64,000 nt of DNA from an uncultured Planctomycetota bacterium (GTDB lineage: Bacteria > Planctomycetota > Planctomycetia > Isosphaerales > Isosphaeraceae), in assembly GCA_963823665.1 (NCBI GenBank), contig CAWGMQ010000006.1, forward strand, positions 1,184,001 through 1,248,000. Reading direction: 5' to 3'. Position numbers and translations under genes: made by a program. Positions 50,816 to 63,400 of this stretch are shown one piece after another; within the stretch, counting starts at the first letter, position 1, and each line of letters starts with the position of its first letter. Under the pieces are notes generated by a model that made no database searches, was not told the DNA's origin, and was given only the letters and a program-made list of their open reading frames with translations.

Positions 50816-53580
50816 ATGACGATCTCGGAATCGGAACAGTTCAACCTGCTCGATCGACTGGCCGAGGAGTTCGCGGAGCGCTTCCGGCGCGGCGAGCGGC
50901 CGGCGCTCGAGGAGTACATCGATCGCTACCCCGAGCTGGCGGACGACATCCGGGAGTTGTTCCCGGCGATGGTGCATGTGGAGGAGGCCGAGGGAGCCCG
51001 CGAACGGGGGGTGGGGCAATCCGGGGGTTTGCCGGGCGTGAATCCGCCGCTTTTGCAGATCCGTGACTACCGGTTACTCCGTGAGATCGGCCGGGGCGGG
51101 ATGGGGGTCGTGTACGAGGCCGAGCAGATTTCGCTGGGCCGCCGGGTCGCGCTCAAGGTGTTGCCGCGGCAGATTTCGGGCGACCCGATGGTCCAGGAGC
51201 GATTCCGCCGCGAGGCCCGTGCGGCTGGACGACTGCACCACACCAACATCGTGCCCGTGTACGAGGTGGGCCAGGATCAAGACATCCGCTTCTATGCCAT
51301 GCAGTTCATCCCGGGTCAGGGACTCGACGCCGTCATCATCGAGCTGCGGCGGCTGCGCGAACGGGCTGGGTCCGAGCGGAAGGGCCCGCGGGCCGCTCCC
51401 GACCCGTCGGGTGGGCGCGGTGGGACGTGCGTGGGCGAGGGGAGCGTCGAGAGCCGGGTACTCCACGAAGACGTGAAGGCGAGCACGCTCGCGCGGTCCA
51501 TTCTGACCGGTCGATTCGACCCTGGCGGCCGAGGCCCCGAGCTCGTCGAAACCCCGGAATCCAAGCTGGCCAGGTTCGCGGGTGCAGGCCTATCCACATT
51601 GACCGCGATCGGGACGGAGCCTCGTGCAGAGGAACCCTGGCGTGCGGAAGAGCAGACCGAAGTGCCCGGCAAAAGTGTGGGCCCTTCACGTTCGTGCGCG
51701 GGTCGGCCGGAAGCCGGGTCGGCCCGATGTCGTCAAACTCGCCGATCCTGCCGGGCGGTACCCAGCTCTCGTCGGTCGAGTCGGGTCGACGCGGCTTCTA
51801 CCGAAGCATGGCGCACATCGGCCGGCAGGTCGCCGGGGGCCTGGCCTACGCCCACGCGCGGGGGATCGTGCACCGGGACATCAAGCCGTCGAACCTTTTG
51901 CTGGACACCGAAGGCGTGGTGTGGATCACCGACTTTGGCCTGGCCAAGGGGGACGACGAGGGGCTGACGCAGAGCGGGGACATCCTGGGCACGATTCGCT
52001 ACATGGCGCCTGAGCGATTGCGGGGTGAAGGGGATGCTCGGGCGGATGTGTATGCGCTCGGGCTCTCCGTTTACGAGCTGCTCACGCTTCGCTCGGGATT
52101 CGCCTCTTCGGACCGGCTGGCACTGATCGAGCAGATCAAGACCGAGGATCCGCAAAGACCGCGGGACATCGATGCGAGGATCCCGCGGGACCTGGAGACG
52201 ATCGTGCTCAAGGCGATCGAGAAAGACCCTCGGGCGCGATACCAGTCGGCCGAGGCGATGGGTGAGGACTTGCGTCGATTCCTCGCGGACGAGCCGATCC
52301 GTGCTCGTCAGGTCAGCGCCATGGAGCGAGGCTGGCGGTGGTGTCATCGGCACAAGGCGGTGGCTGGGCTGCTCGGCTTGATCGCGCTCGCGCTTTCGCT
52401 GGGCACGGCCGTGTCGACGTATTTCGCCATCGCGGCAAACCGCAATGCGAGCCTCGCCGACGTCGAGGCGAAGCGGGCGAATCGAGAGGCTCTAAACGCC
52501 ACCAAAGAGGCGCAGCGAGCCAAGGACGAGAAGTCACTCAGCGACCACCGTCTGTACCTTGCGGTGATGAACCTGGCTCGCCTGGGCTGGCGAGACAACC
52601 AGGTGAATGTGACACAGCGACACCTCGAGAGCCTCAAGCCGACATCGCCCGGGGATGCCGATCTGCGCGGCTTCGAGTGGTACTGGGACTCAGGCATCGG
52701 CCAGGAGCTTTTGACGCTCAATGGTTATCTGTCGGAAGTGCTTGGCGTGGCGTTTGACCCGGGCGGTCTGCGGCTCGCGTCGGCGAGCTGGGATTTTGAC
52801 GTGAAACTGTGGGACGCGACCAAGCAGACGCCCGAGCAGCGAATGTTCGAGCAGGCCCGGAGCGTCGTCCTTTATCTCATCAGAAAAAAGTTGCCGACGG
52901 CGGAAGTGCGGGACCGCATCCACCGCGATGCGACGATCAGCGAACCGGTTCGCGCGAAAGCCCTGGCACTGGTCGGGCCTCTCGAGCACGATGCGCTTGC
53001 CGGAGCGGCAGAACGGCGGGTCGAGGCGCTCTTCAGTCAAGCGTTGTTGCGGCCGGAGGTGCTCGAGAGCCTGCGCCGCGATTCCGCGCTCAGCGAGCCG
53101 CAGCGACAGCTAGCGCTGGCACTGGCTGAGGAGGTTCTCGAGAATGCGGTGAACCTCGATCGGGCGAGCTGGAGTGTGGTCCGTCAACCGGGTGCTCGCG
53201 CCGCGGCGATCGATCATGCTCTGCGGCAGGCTGAAGCGGCTTGCCGGTTGATTCCGGACCGGAGCCTGTTCTTGAGTACGCTGGGGCTGGCGCAGTACCG
53301 CGCGGGGAGATACCGCGAAGCCCTAGTGACGCTCGAGCGCGCCGACCGACTTAATAACGCGGTCGATCACGGCTCGTCGGTTCCGCGAGACCTGGCGTTT
53401 CTGGCACTGGCCCGGCACCGGCTTGGCCAGGCGGCCGAGGCCGGAGCGACACTGGACAGCCTGCACGCACTGATCAAGACCACGCAGTGGTCCAAGGATG
53501 AAGAAGCCCAGGCCTTCCTGCGCGAGGCCGAGGTGATCGAGCTGGACGAGGGCTTCCCTGGGAATCCGTTTTCGGACTGA
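50816..53580 (+). CDS. Ser/Thr kinase with TM, single residual WD40 and C-terminal TPR (frameshift near 51700)
   Basis: GRGGMG, ALK in ORF 50816; [15 protein letters not shown] in ORF 51427; LGLAQYRAG TPR. Confidence 0.88.
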
Positions 53581-53626
53581 TTATCGATGTGGGCGATGAG
53601 TGATCACGGGAGAGCGTTTGGGAGAA

Positions 53627-54445
53627 ATGATGTCGATCTCGGAATCGGAACAGTTCAACCTGCTTGATCAACTGGCGGAGGAATTCGCGGAGCGATTCCG
53701 GCGCGGCGAGCGTCCCGCGCTTTCGGAATACACCCGTCGCTACCCGGAGCTGGCGGATGAGATCCGCGAGCTGTTCCCGGCGATGGTCAAGGTGGAGCAG
53801 GCCGAGTCGGCGGACAGCCGGCTGCTGGCGACGGTGGCGCTCCTCAAGAACGCCGTGCAGGTCTGGGACCTTGCGACCGGACGCGCGGTTTCGGAGCCAT
53901 TGCCCCATCCGGGCGACTACTGGGGCTTGTTTGCCGTTCGTTTCAGCCCCGACGGGAATCATCTGCTTTCCGGCCACAAGGATGGGCAGCTTCGCTACTG
54001 GGACTGGCGAGCCGCCAAGCTTGCCTGCCCTGCCATGGCCCATGAATTCGAAGTGATGGATGTGGCCATCACACCCGACGGCCGCTTTGCGCTGGTGGCG
54101 GTGAGTGGTCGAGCGGCCGTTCAGGTCTGGGAGCTGACGACGGGCCGGCGAGTTGCGCCACGCGTCCAGCTTGGTTCGGCCGAAGGTACATGGTGTCAGA
54201 CGGTGGCGGTCACCCCGGACGGACGGCGGGCACTGGGTAGTTTCCCGGACCCAAGCGCAAGCCAAGGGATGAGCATGGCCGTGGTGGATCTTGAGGCGTT
54301 GGTTTCCCATTCAAGTACCCCGATTGCCGATCTCGCCCTTCTCGCCGAGCTGGCCACAGCTCGGCGCATCGAGCTGGGCGATTTGAGCGGGCTGACAACG
54401 GACCAATGGCAGGAGCGCTGGAGGCTATTCCAAGAGTCGCAATGA
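53627..54445 (+). CDS. Kinase-leader domain fused directly to about three WD40 repeats (no kinase domain)
   Basis: First 60 aa nearly identical to leaders of neighbouring kinases, then VQVWDL, FSPDG, ITPDG WD40 repeats. Confidence 0.8.
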   Translation: MMSISESEQFNLLDQLAEEFAERFRRGERPALSEYTRRYPELADEIRELFPAMVKVEQAESADSRLLATVALLKNAVQVWDLATGRAVSEPLPHPGDYWGLFAVRFSPDGNHLLSGHKDGQLRYWDWRAAKLACPAMAHEFEVMDVAITPDGRFALVAVSGRAAVQVWELTTGRRVAPRVQLGSAEGTWCQTVAVTPDGRRALGSFPDPSASQGMSMAVVDLEALVSHSSTPIADLALLAELATARRIELGDLSGLTTDQWQERWRLFQESQ

Positions 54446-54509
54446 GAACTTGCATTTTTTTGTCCCGAACGGGTCGTCGCGCGTTGGTAATAAGGTATGG
54501 GGCCATGTC

Positions 54510-54617
54510 GTGGAAGATTCGCCGCGTAAGATCTTTCACCTGCTCGATCGGTTCCAAGCCGTTAATCTCCAGCGATTTGCGGAATTGCCCCGGCCGCACC
54601 GCGACTTCCAGCGGAGG
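54510..54617 (+). pseudogene. Decayed 5' fragment of an ECF sigma paralogous to 50174..50812
   Basis: VEDSPRKIFHLLDRFQAVNLQRFAELPRPHRDFQRR aligns ungapped to MTDSPSETLTLVERLRAGDRRALAEMFERHRDRLRR (13/36 identical); upstream ggtaataaggtatgg matches ggtaacaagatatgg before the intact ECF. Confidence 0.7.
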
Positions 54618-54634
54618 AGAGAGGACGTTGATCG

Positions 54635-57600
54635 ATGGCGAGCGCTGAATCGGAGCAGTACAACCTGCTCGACCAACTGGCTGAGGAATTTGCGGAACGG
54701 TTCCGGCGCGGCGAGCGGCCGGCGCTCAAGGAATACACCGACCGCTACCCCGAACTGGCGGATGAGATCCGCGAGCTATTCCCGGCAATGGTGAAGGTCG
54801 AGCAGGCCGAGCGAGTGCTGAAGGGCGGAGAGCAGATTGATGCCGAGGCTGCGCATCAGCGCCGCGCGAAATCGGCGACTACCGGATCCTTGGCGAGATC
54901 GGCCGGGGCGGAATGGGCGTTGTTTACGAGGCCGAGCAGATCTCGCTGGGCCGGCGCGTTGCGCTCAAGGTCTTGCCGCGTCAAGTTTCGAGCGACCGGA
55001 TGATCCGGGAGCGGTTCCGCCGCGAGGCCCGCGCGGCGGCGAAACTGCACCACACCAACATCGTGCCGGTCTATGAGGTGGGCCAGGACGGGGACGTTCG
55101 TTTCTATGCGATGCAGTTCATCCAGGGCCAGGGACTGGACGCCGTCATCACCGAGCTGCGGCGGCTGCGCGACCGGTCGGGGCCCGAGCGTAAGGTGACG
55201 CGGGCCTTGGGGGGCAAGTCGTCCGGGCTTCGCCGTGAGCGGTCCGCCCGGGCGGAGGAAGCCGCGTTCCCTGGCGACGAGCCGCAGGTCAGCGCGGTGT
55301 TGCGGTCGATTCTTGACGGGCGGTTCGATCCCGGCGGTGGACGTCCGGCGCGGAAGGAAGCGTCTGATTCGATGCTGGCCAGGGCCGTTGCCGGGAACCT
55401 CACGACCCAGCTCGGGACTGGGATCGAAGGTTTCGCCGCCGTGTCCGACCCAGCACTGGCGCACACGGAGTCGGCCGAGAGTAGTGTCGGCCGTGCGTCC
55501 GGCGCTGCTCACGCTCGCGGCGAGGGAGCGGACGGCACACGGAGTGTGCCTGCTACGTCGTCAAGCTCGGCGATCCTGCCCGGCGGCACGCAGCTCTCGT
55601 CTGTCGAGTCGGGTGGCAATGCATTCTTCCGGAGCCTGGCGCACATCGGGCGGCAGGTCGCCGCGGGTCTGGCTTACGCGCACGCGCGAGGGATTGTGCA
55701 CCGGGACATCAAGCCGTCGAACTTGCTGCTGGACACCGAAGGGGTGGTGTGGATCACGGATTTTGGGCTGGCCAAGGGGGACGACGAGGGGCTGACGTTA
55801 AGCGGCGACATCCTGGGTACGATTCGCTACATGGCGCCGGAGCGGTTTCGGGGTGAAGGGGACGCACGGGCGGATGTGTACGCGCTGGGGCTGACGCTCT
55901 ACGAGCTGCTCACGCTGCGCTCGGGATTCGGCTCGGGTGACCGGCTGGCGCTGATCGAGCAGATCAAGACCGAGGAGCCCGAGCGGCCTCGGGCCATCGA
56001 TTCCCGGATCCCGCGGGATCTGGAGACGATCGTGCTCAAGGCGATCGAGAAGGACCCGAAGGCGCGGTATCGGTCCGCCGAGGCGATGGCAGAAGACCTC
56101 AGGCGGTTCGTGGCGGACGAGCCGATCCGGGCGCGGCAGGTCAGCGCCCCGGAGCGATACTGGCGATGGGCGCGGCGCAACAAGGGGATCGCGATCCTGG
56201 GCGGCGTGTTAACGGTGGTGCTGGTCGCGACCAGCGTGATTTCGCTTGTGGCGATGGAACAGTTCCGCGCCCAGGCCGGAGCCCAGCGCACGCTTGCGGC
56301 GGAAGAGGCTGGTGCCCGCCAGAAGGCCGACGAAGCGAACGCCAGCCTCCGCGCGGCCCAAGTGGAGCTGGGCGGGACCGTGTATGCCACCCGGACGAAC
56401 CTCGCTCTGGCCGCCTGGGACGCCGCCGATGTCGGTCGGCTTCGTAGTTTGCTCGACCTGCTGCGGCCGGCTCCCGGCGAGGCCGACCGCCGCGGCTGGG
56501 AGTGGCGCTATCTGTGGCAGCTCGGCCACGAGGATCGGCTCACGCTGCGGGCGCAGGACGCGAGTTTCGTCGACGTGGCCTTTAGTCCCGACGGGAAAAC
56601 CATCGCCGGCCTCGAGGGGAAAGGGCGCATCCAATTCTGGGACCGGCAGACAGGGGAATTGCGGCTGACGACGGGGGTCGCGCATGGCCGGCGCGGATCT
56701 GGCCGGCGGCGTCAGTGCCATTGCCTTCAGCCCGGATGGCCGCAGCCTCGTCGGGCCGGGCCCCGGGGAGAGTCTCATGCTCTACGCCGTCGACACGGGT
56801 CTGCCCACCCTCAGCTTCGAGGGCCCGCCCGAGACCGTTCTGAAGCTGGCCTGGAGCCCCGACGGCCGGACCTTGGTCGCCGCGCACACGAAACATCGCA
56901 TGCGGGTCTGGGACGCCCGGGACGGCCATCTGATCCAAAGCTCTTTTGGCGCACACAACGGCCCGGTTGCCGCCGTGGCGTTCAGCCCCGACGGCCGCAC
57001 CATCGCCTCGGCCAGCTATGACCATACAGTCAAGCTATGGAAATTCGAGGACGGGACAGACCCGCGTGCCAAGCTCGAGGGGCACACCGACGAGGTCCGC
57101 GCCGTGGCGTTCAGCCCCGACGGCCGCCAGATCGCCTCCGCCGGCCTCGACCGGACGATCCGGGTCTGGGATGCCAGGTCGGGGGCGGAGGTCGCCGTGA
57201 TCCGGGGGCACACGGGTGCGGTGCTGTCACTGGCCTACGGGCACGACAGCACGCGGGTCATCACGGGCTCCGCCGACGAGACGGTCCGCGTCTGGGACAC
57301 CACCTCGGGCCAGGAGCTTCGATGCTTCAAGGCGCACAGCGATGAGGTCGTCGCCGTGGCCTTCAGCCCGCATGGCCGCGAGATTGCCTCGGCGAGCTCC
57401 GACGCGACAGTGCGGGTCTGGGATGCCGCCAGCCCTGATCGCCCGCGCACGCTCCAGAGCCCCTCGGTGCTGACCTACGGCGGGGAGGTGGAATGCCTGG
57501 CGTTTTCCCCCGATGGCCGCCGGCTGGTCTCCGGCCACACCGACCACGCGCTGCGGATCTGGGAACTCCCTTCGGGACGGCCGCTCCCCCCGATCAAAGG

Positions 57601-60439
57601 CCACACGACGCCAATCAGGTGTGTCGCGTTCAGCCCCGACGGCCGCGCCGTCGCCTCCGGCGGTGGCGACGGCGCGGTGCGACTGTGGGACGCCGCCACC
57701 GGCAAGCCACGGCTCACCTTCACCGGGCACACCGGCGGGATCCTCGGGCTGGTCTTCACGCCCGACGGCAAGACCGTCCTCTCGGGTGGCATTGACCGCA
57801 CGATCCAGGCCTGGGACTCCGAGACCGGGGTCGTCCGATTCACTCTCCGAGGCCACTCCGAGGCGGTTCACGACCTGACGCTCTCCCCCGACGGCCGCAC
57901 CGTCGCTTCAGCCGGCTACGACAAGACGTGCATCCTCTGGGACCTCGTCGAGAAGCAACCCCGCGTGACGCTGCGGGGACATGGCGGCGCGATCAACTCG
58001 GTCGCCTTCAGCCCGGACGGCCGCATCATCGCGACGGCGTCGAGCGACCGCACGATTCGGTTATGGGACTCGGACGACGGCTCACCTCGAGGCGTGCTGG
58101 AAGGGCACATCTATGAGGTCTTCGGCCTCGCGTTCAGCCCGGACGGCCGGCTCGCCTCTTCCGGTAGAGACAAGACCATCCGGCTCTGGGACCCGTCGAG
58201 CGGGCAGACCCTGCTGATCCTCAAAGGACACGCGGGGCGAATCCGCAACGTCAGGTTCAGCCCCGACGGCCGGACTCTCGCCTCGGCCAGCGATGACCGC
58301 ACCATCAAGCTCTGGGACGCCGCCCCCGCGGACGTTCTCGCGGCCACCCGGGACGGGACCGTGCCCGACAGCACGACCGAAGAAGCCAATGCGCGCCTGC
58401 GGCGCAGCCGCGAAGAGGTGCGCCCGGCCTTGTACGCAGCCAGCTCGAACCTGGCCATGGGCGCCTGGGAAGCCAAGGATCTCCTGCGGCTCCGCTTCCT
58501 GCTCGATCTGATGAGGCCTCGGGAGGGCGAATCCGACCTGCGCGGATGGGAGTGGAACTATTTGAACGAGCTTGCGCATGAGGATCCTTCGACACTCCGC
58601 GGTCATGATCGCGAGGCCAGACAGCTCGCCTTCAGCGCCGACGGTAAGACCCTCGCCTCGGTGCACTCCGGTGGTCGTGTCCGACTCTGGGATCTCGCCA
58701 CCGGGGGCGTTCGGCTCACGTTCAGCCCGGAGCAGAAGGCCGGCTGGGAATCGTCGCAGTCGGGTGTCTCCGGCCTTGCATTCAGCCCCGACGGCGAACG
58801 ACTTGCAGGCCCGGGGCCGGGGGGACACCTCGGAATCTGGAACACCCGCTCCGGCGCGCTGCTCCGCCATTTCATGGTGAGCTCCCAGGGGACGCCGACC
58901 GTCGCGTTCAGCCCGGATGGGCGGACGATCGTCACAGGCTCGACGACACACAAGGTTCGGATCTGGGACGCCACAGGTCAAAAGCCGGATGCCGGCGGAT
59001 ACGGACCGATGGTACGGCTGTTCGATAATGCTCATGACGCCACGGTGGAACGAGTCGTGTTCAGCCCCGACGGCCGGCGAGTGGCCTCGACCGGCGGCGG
59101 GACGATCAAGCTGTGGGATGTCGAAGCGGGCAAGCTGCAGGCAACCCTACCATCGCCCAACGTGGAGGTCTTCGCACTGGCCTTCAGCCCGGATGGCAAG
59201 ACCCTGGCTTCCGGCGGCTCGGACCACCTGGTGCACGTGTGGGATGCCGGCGCCGGGCGAGAGCGCAGGCAGCTCTCGGGACATGCGACGAGCGTGACGG
59301 CCCTGGCCTTCCGAGCAAACGGCGGCCAACTTCTCTCGGCGGGGTCGGACGCGATCGTGAAGGTCTGGGACACTGACTCCGCTCGCGAGCTGCGTTCTTT
59401 GAAGCAGCAGGCCGGCTCGATCACCGGGGATACGTTCAGTCCCGAGGGCGAGACCCTCGCCTCGAGCAGCCTTGCGAGAATGCTCGAGATCTGGGATTCG
59501 AGCCATCCGGTCCGGCCGGTCGTCATCAAGAGCACGCCGTTTTCGAAGAATGTCGTCTCTGGCTCCCTGGTCGCCTTCAGCCCGGACGGTCGACGGATTG
59601 TCGCGGGCTTTGCCGATGGCACCGTCCGGCTCTGGGATACCGACACCGGGCAAGCCGGGCTCACGCTCACGGGTCACGAGAAGTCGGTGCTCTGTGTGGC
59701 GTTTGGGCCATCTGGAGATACCATTACTTCGGCGGCTCAGGACGGCACGGTGCGGCTGTGGGACGCGGCTACCGGCGCGGTCCGCTTCAGCCTCGCGAAA
59801 CACGCGGGTCCGGTCAACTCAGCGGCATTCAGCCCGGATGGGCGTCGCCTGGTCTCGGCAAGCGATGATGCCACCCTGAAGGTCTGGGACCCCGCGACGG
59901 GCGGGCTCGTGCTGTCGATACCGGGCCAGACTGGAGCGGTGCACGTCGCGAAGTACAGTCTCGATGGCCGGTCCATCGCCTCGGCCGGTGTGGATGGGCG
60001 TATCAGGCTCTGGAATGCCGAGACCGGCCAGCTTCTGGCTACTTTCACAGGCCATGCTGATCGGGTGTTTGGTGTGGCCTTCAGCCCAGACGGCCGGACG
60101 ATTGCATCGAGCTCCGCCGACAAAACGGTGAGGCTCTGGGACGCCGCCACCGGTGAGTGCCGTCGCACGCTCGACGGGCGCACGGTCCTGGTCAATAGCG
60201 TGGCGTACAGTCCCGATGGCCGCCGGCTCGTCTCCTCCGGCGACGACAAGGCCGTGAGGCTCTGGGACCCAGCGAGCGGGGCGGAGCTGCTCACGCTCAA
60301 GGGTCATTCGGGGCCTGTTCGATCGGTTGCATTCAGCGGCGACGGACGCGAGATCGCCTCGGCGGGTGACGAAGGCACGATCATCGTCTGGGAAGCTGCC
60401 GCGGCGACACCGCAGCCGCGTGTGAAAGAAGGGCGTTGA
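54635..60439 (+). CDS. Ser/Thr kinase with TM and two tandem WD40 sensor modules (frameshifts near 54870 and 56685)
   Basis: Leader, [26 protein letters not shown] helix plus WD40 block present twice. Confidence 0.9.
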
Positions 60440-60442
60440 ACG

Positions 60443-63400
60443 ATGTCGACCTCCGAATCAGAACAATACAACCTGCTCGATCAACTGGCGGAGGAATTCG
60501 CCGAGCGCTTCCGCCGCGGCGAGCGCCCTACGCTTGAGGAATACACCGCTGGCTACCCCGAGCTGGCCGATGACATCCGGGAGCTGTTCCCGGCGATGGT
60601 GCAGGTGGAGCAGGTCGACGAGGGGAAAGCCACCCGTGAAGGTGAGGCGGAGGCTCGGAGAGCAACGAAGACGTTGCAGCAGATCGGTGATTACCGGATC
60701 CTGGGCGAGATCGGCCGGGGCGGCATGGGTGTCGTTTATGAGGCCGAGCAGATCTCACTCGGGCGGCGGGTGGCGCTCAAAGTGCTGCCTCGGCATGTGG
60801 CTGCGGACCGGACGACGCTCGAGCGGTTTCGCCGCGAGGCCCGCGCCGCGGCACGGCTGCATCACACCAACATCGTGCCGGTCTACGAGGTCGGCCAGGA
60901 CGGTGACACTCGCTTCTACGCGATGCAATTCATCCAGGGGCAGAGCCTGGACGGCGTGATCACGGAATTGCGCCGACCTGCGCATCCGGTCACAGTCACG
61001 AGCCAGCGGCGAGGACAAGGAGAAGAGCAGCTCGGAAACGCGAACCCTGGCCGCGTCAGTCGCCCGTTCGATCCTGGCGGGCGGTTTCCTGCCGGAAGGC
61101 GACGACCGCGCCACGTCTGCAATCGTCGGGGGGCGGACCGAAGCAGAACGCGCGAGCGCGACCCTTGCCTTTGCGAAGGCGGTGGCCGTGGATGCGGTGC
61201 CCACGCAGGCTGGCACGTTGCCCGAGTTTGCTCCGGACTCGTCCTCGACGCCGACCCCGTTCTCCCAGGCCGTGCTGCCGGGTGGAACGCTGCTCTCGGT
61301 TGCGGAGATGAGCCATCGTGTCTTCCATCGCAGCGTGGCCCACATCGGCAGACAGGCCGCCGCGGCGCTTGTTCATGCTCATGCCCGCGGGGTGATCCAC
61401 CGGGACATCAAGCCGTCGAATCTTCTGCTCGACACCGACGGCGTCGTCTGGGTGACTGACTTCGGTCTGGCCAAGGCCGACGATGATGGACTGACACAGA
61501 CCGGCGACGTGCTGGGCACGATCCGCTACATGGCGCCCGAGCGGTTCCTCGGCCAAGCTGACGCGCGGTCGGACGTCTATGCGCTGGGACTGACGCTCTA
61601 CGAGCTCGTTCTGCTCCGACCGGCGTTCGACTCGCCCAACCGGCTTGCCTTGATCGAACAGGTCAGGAGCGTCGATCCGCCGCGACCCCGTTCGATCGAC
61701 CCGCGGATCCCTCTCGATCTCGAAACCATTGTGCTCAAGGCCGTCGAGAAGGACGCGAAAGCGCGGTACGGCTCGGCCGAAGCGATGAGCGAAGACCTGC
61801 GGCGGTTCCTGGCCGACGAGCCGATCCAGGCCCGACAGGTCAGCACCACGGAGCGCTACTGGCGGTGGGCCCGGCGCAACCCCGTGATCGCGATACTGGG
61901 CGGAGTGCTGACGGCGCTCTTGGTCGCGGTTACCGTGGGCTCAATGATGACCGCAAGTTACTTCCAGCGACTCGCCGGCAGTGAGACGCGGGCCAACCAG
62001 CGACTGCAAGTGACTCAGAAGGATGCTGACGACGCGCGGCGGGAGGCGCTCCTGGAGCGCGACCGTTCGCGGCGACAATCAGCACGGCTCGCTCTCGACA
62101 AGGGAATCGCCCTGGCCGAGACGGGGGAGGCCGCTCGGGGCCTGCACTGGATGCTCGAAGGCCTCGCGGTCGCCCCGGCCGAAGCTGCCGAGATAGAGAG
62201 GGTGATCCGGATCAACTTGTCTGCCTGGAGCGAGCAGGTTCATGGTTTGCGGCACATTATCCGGGTTCCGGTCCGGGAAGCTGAAGCGACCGCAGCCGCC
62301 TACCGCTGCGCCTTCAGTCCCGATGGCCGGGTGATCGCCATCGCCTCGGCGGACCGTTTGGAATACCGGGATGCGAGAACCCTCGAGCCGACGGGCAAAT
62401 CCCTCGTTTTCGAGAGCTTGCCCCAGGCATTCGCGTTTAGCCCTGACGGCAAGAACCTGGTCACGGGGCACGATCGGGGCGGCGTGCAGCTCTGGGATGT
62501 GACCACAGGGAGCCGCGTCGGCGTCCCCTTGCCGCACGGCGGCATCGTAAGTGGTGTGGCCTACAGCCCTGATGGCACCATCATCGCGACCGGGTGTTCC
62601 GACGGCAGCATGCGAATCTGGGATTCGAGCACGGGCGAGCCACTCGCTGCTCCGTTCGGAACCGGGCAGCCCGTCTACAGCGTGGCATTTGGCCCGGACG
62701 GCAAGTCGATCTTGATCGGGACAGGTTCGGAAGGCCGCAGCGGGGCCGCCTACGTGTGGGACGTCGCCACCCGGACAAAGCTGGCCGGCCCCTTGACGCA
62801 CCCGGACACGGTTTCCGCGGTCGCGTTCAACCCCGCCGGCACGACGTTCCTGACCGCGTGCCTGGACGGGACCGCCCAACTCTGGGAGAGGGATACAGAC
62901 CGGCCGCGCGGCGACCCCCTATGGCATCGGCAAGCCGTCTATGGTGCCCTTTTCACTCCGGACGGCGCCACGATTCTGACCAGGCCCAGGGATGAACTTT
63001 CCGTCTTCTTGTGGGAGGCGGCGACGGGCCAGCGTATCGGCACAGCCCTCTGGCACGAGGGTCCGGTGGATTGTGTTGCGGTCAGCCCAGACGGCCGGAC
63101 CGTCCTGTCCGGGGGTTCGGACGAGTCGGCCCGCCTCTGGGAGATCGGCCGGAACCGGTCGCGCCCCCTCGACCCGAGCCAGCGCACCAAACGGCCCGCG
63201 AACCCGGGCCCGCAGGACGAGCCCAGGCTTCCGGACTATCTCTTGAAGAAGACCATTGCCTACAGCACCGACAGGAAGACCGTGCTGACCAGCGATGGCG
63301 GCCGCATCGCGCGGCTTTGGGAGACCTCGACCGGTCGGCCGCTCGGCGCCCCGCTGCACCACGCCCGAAACGTGCGGACGGTCGCCTTTAGCCCGGATGG

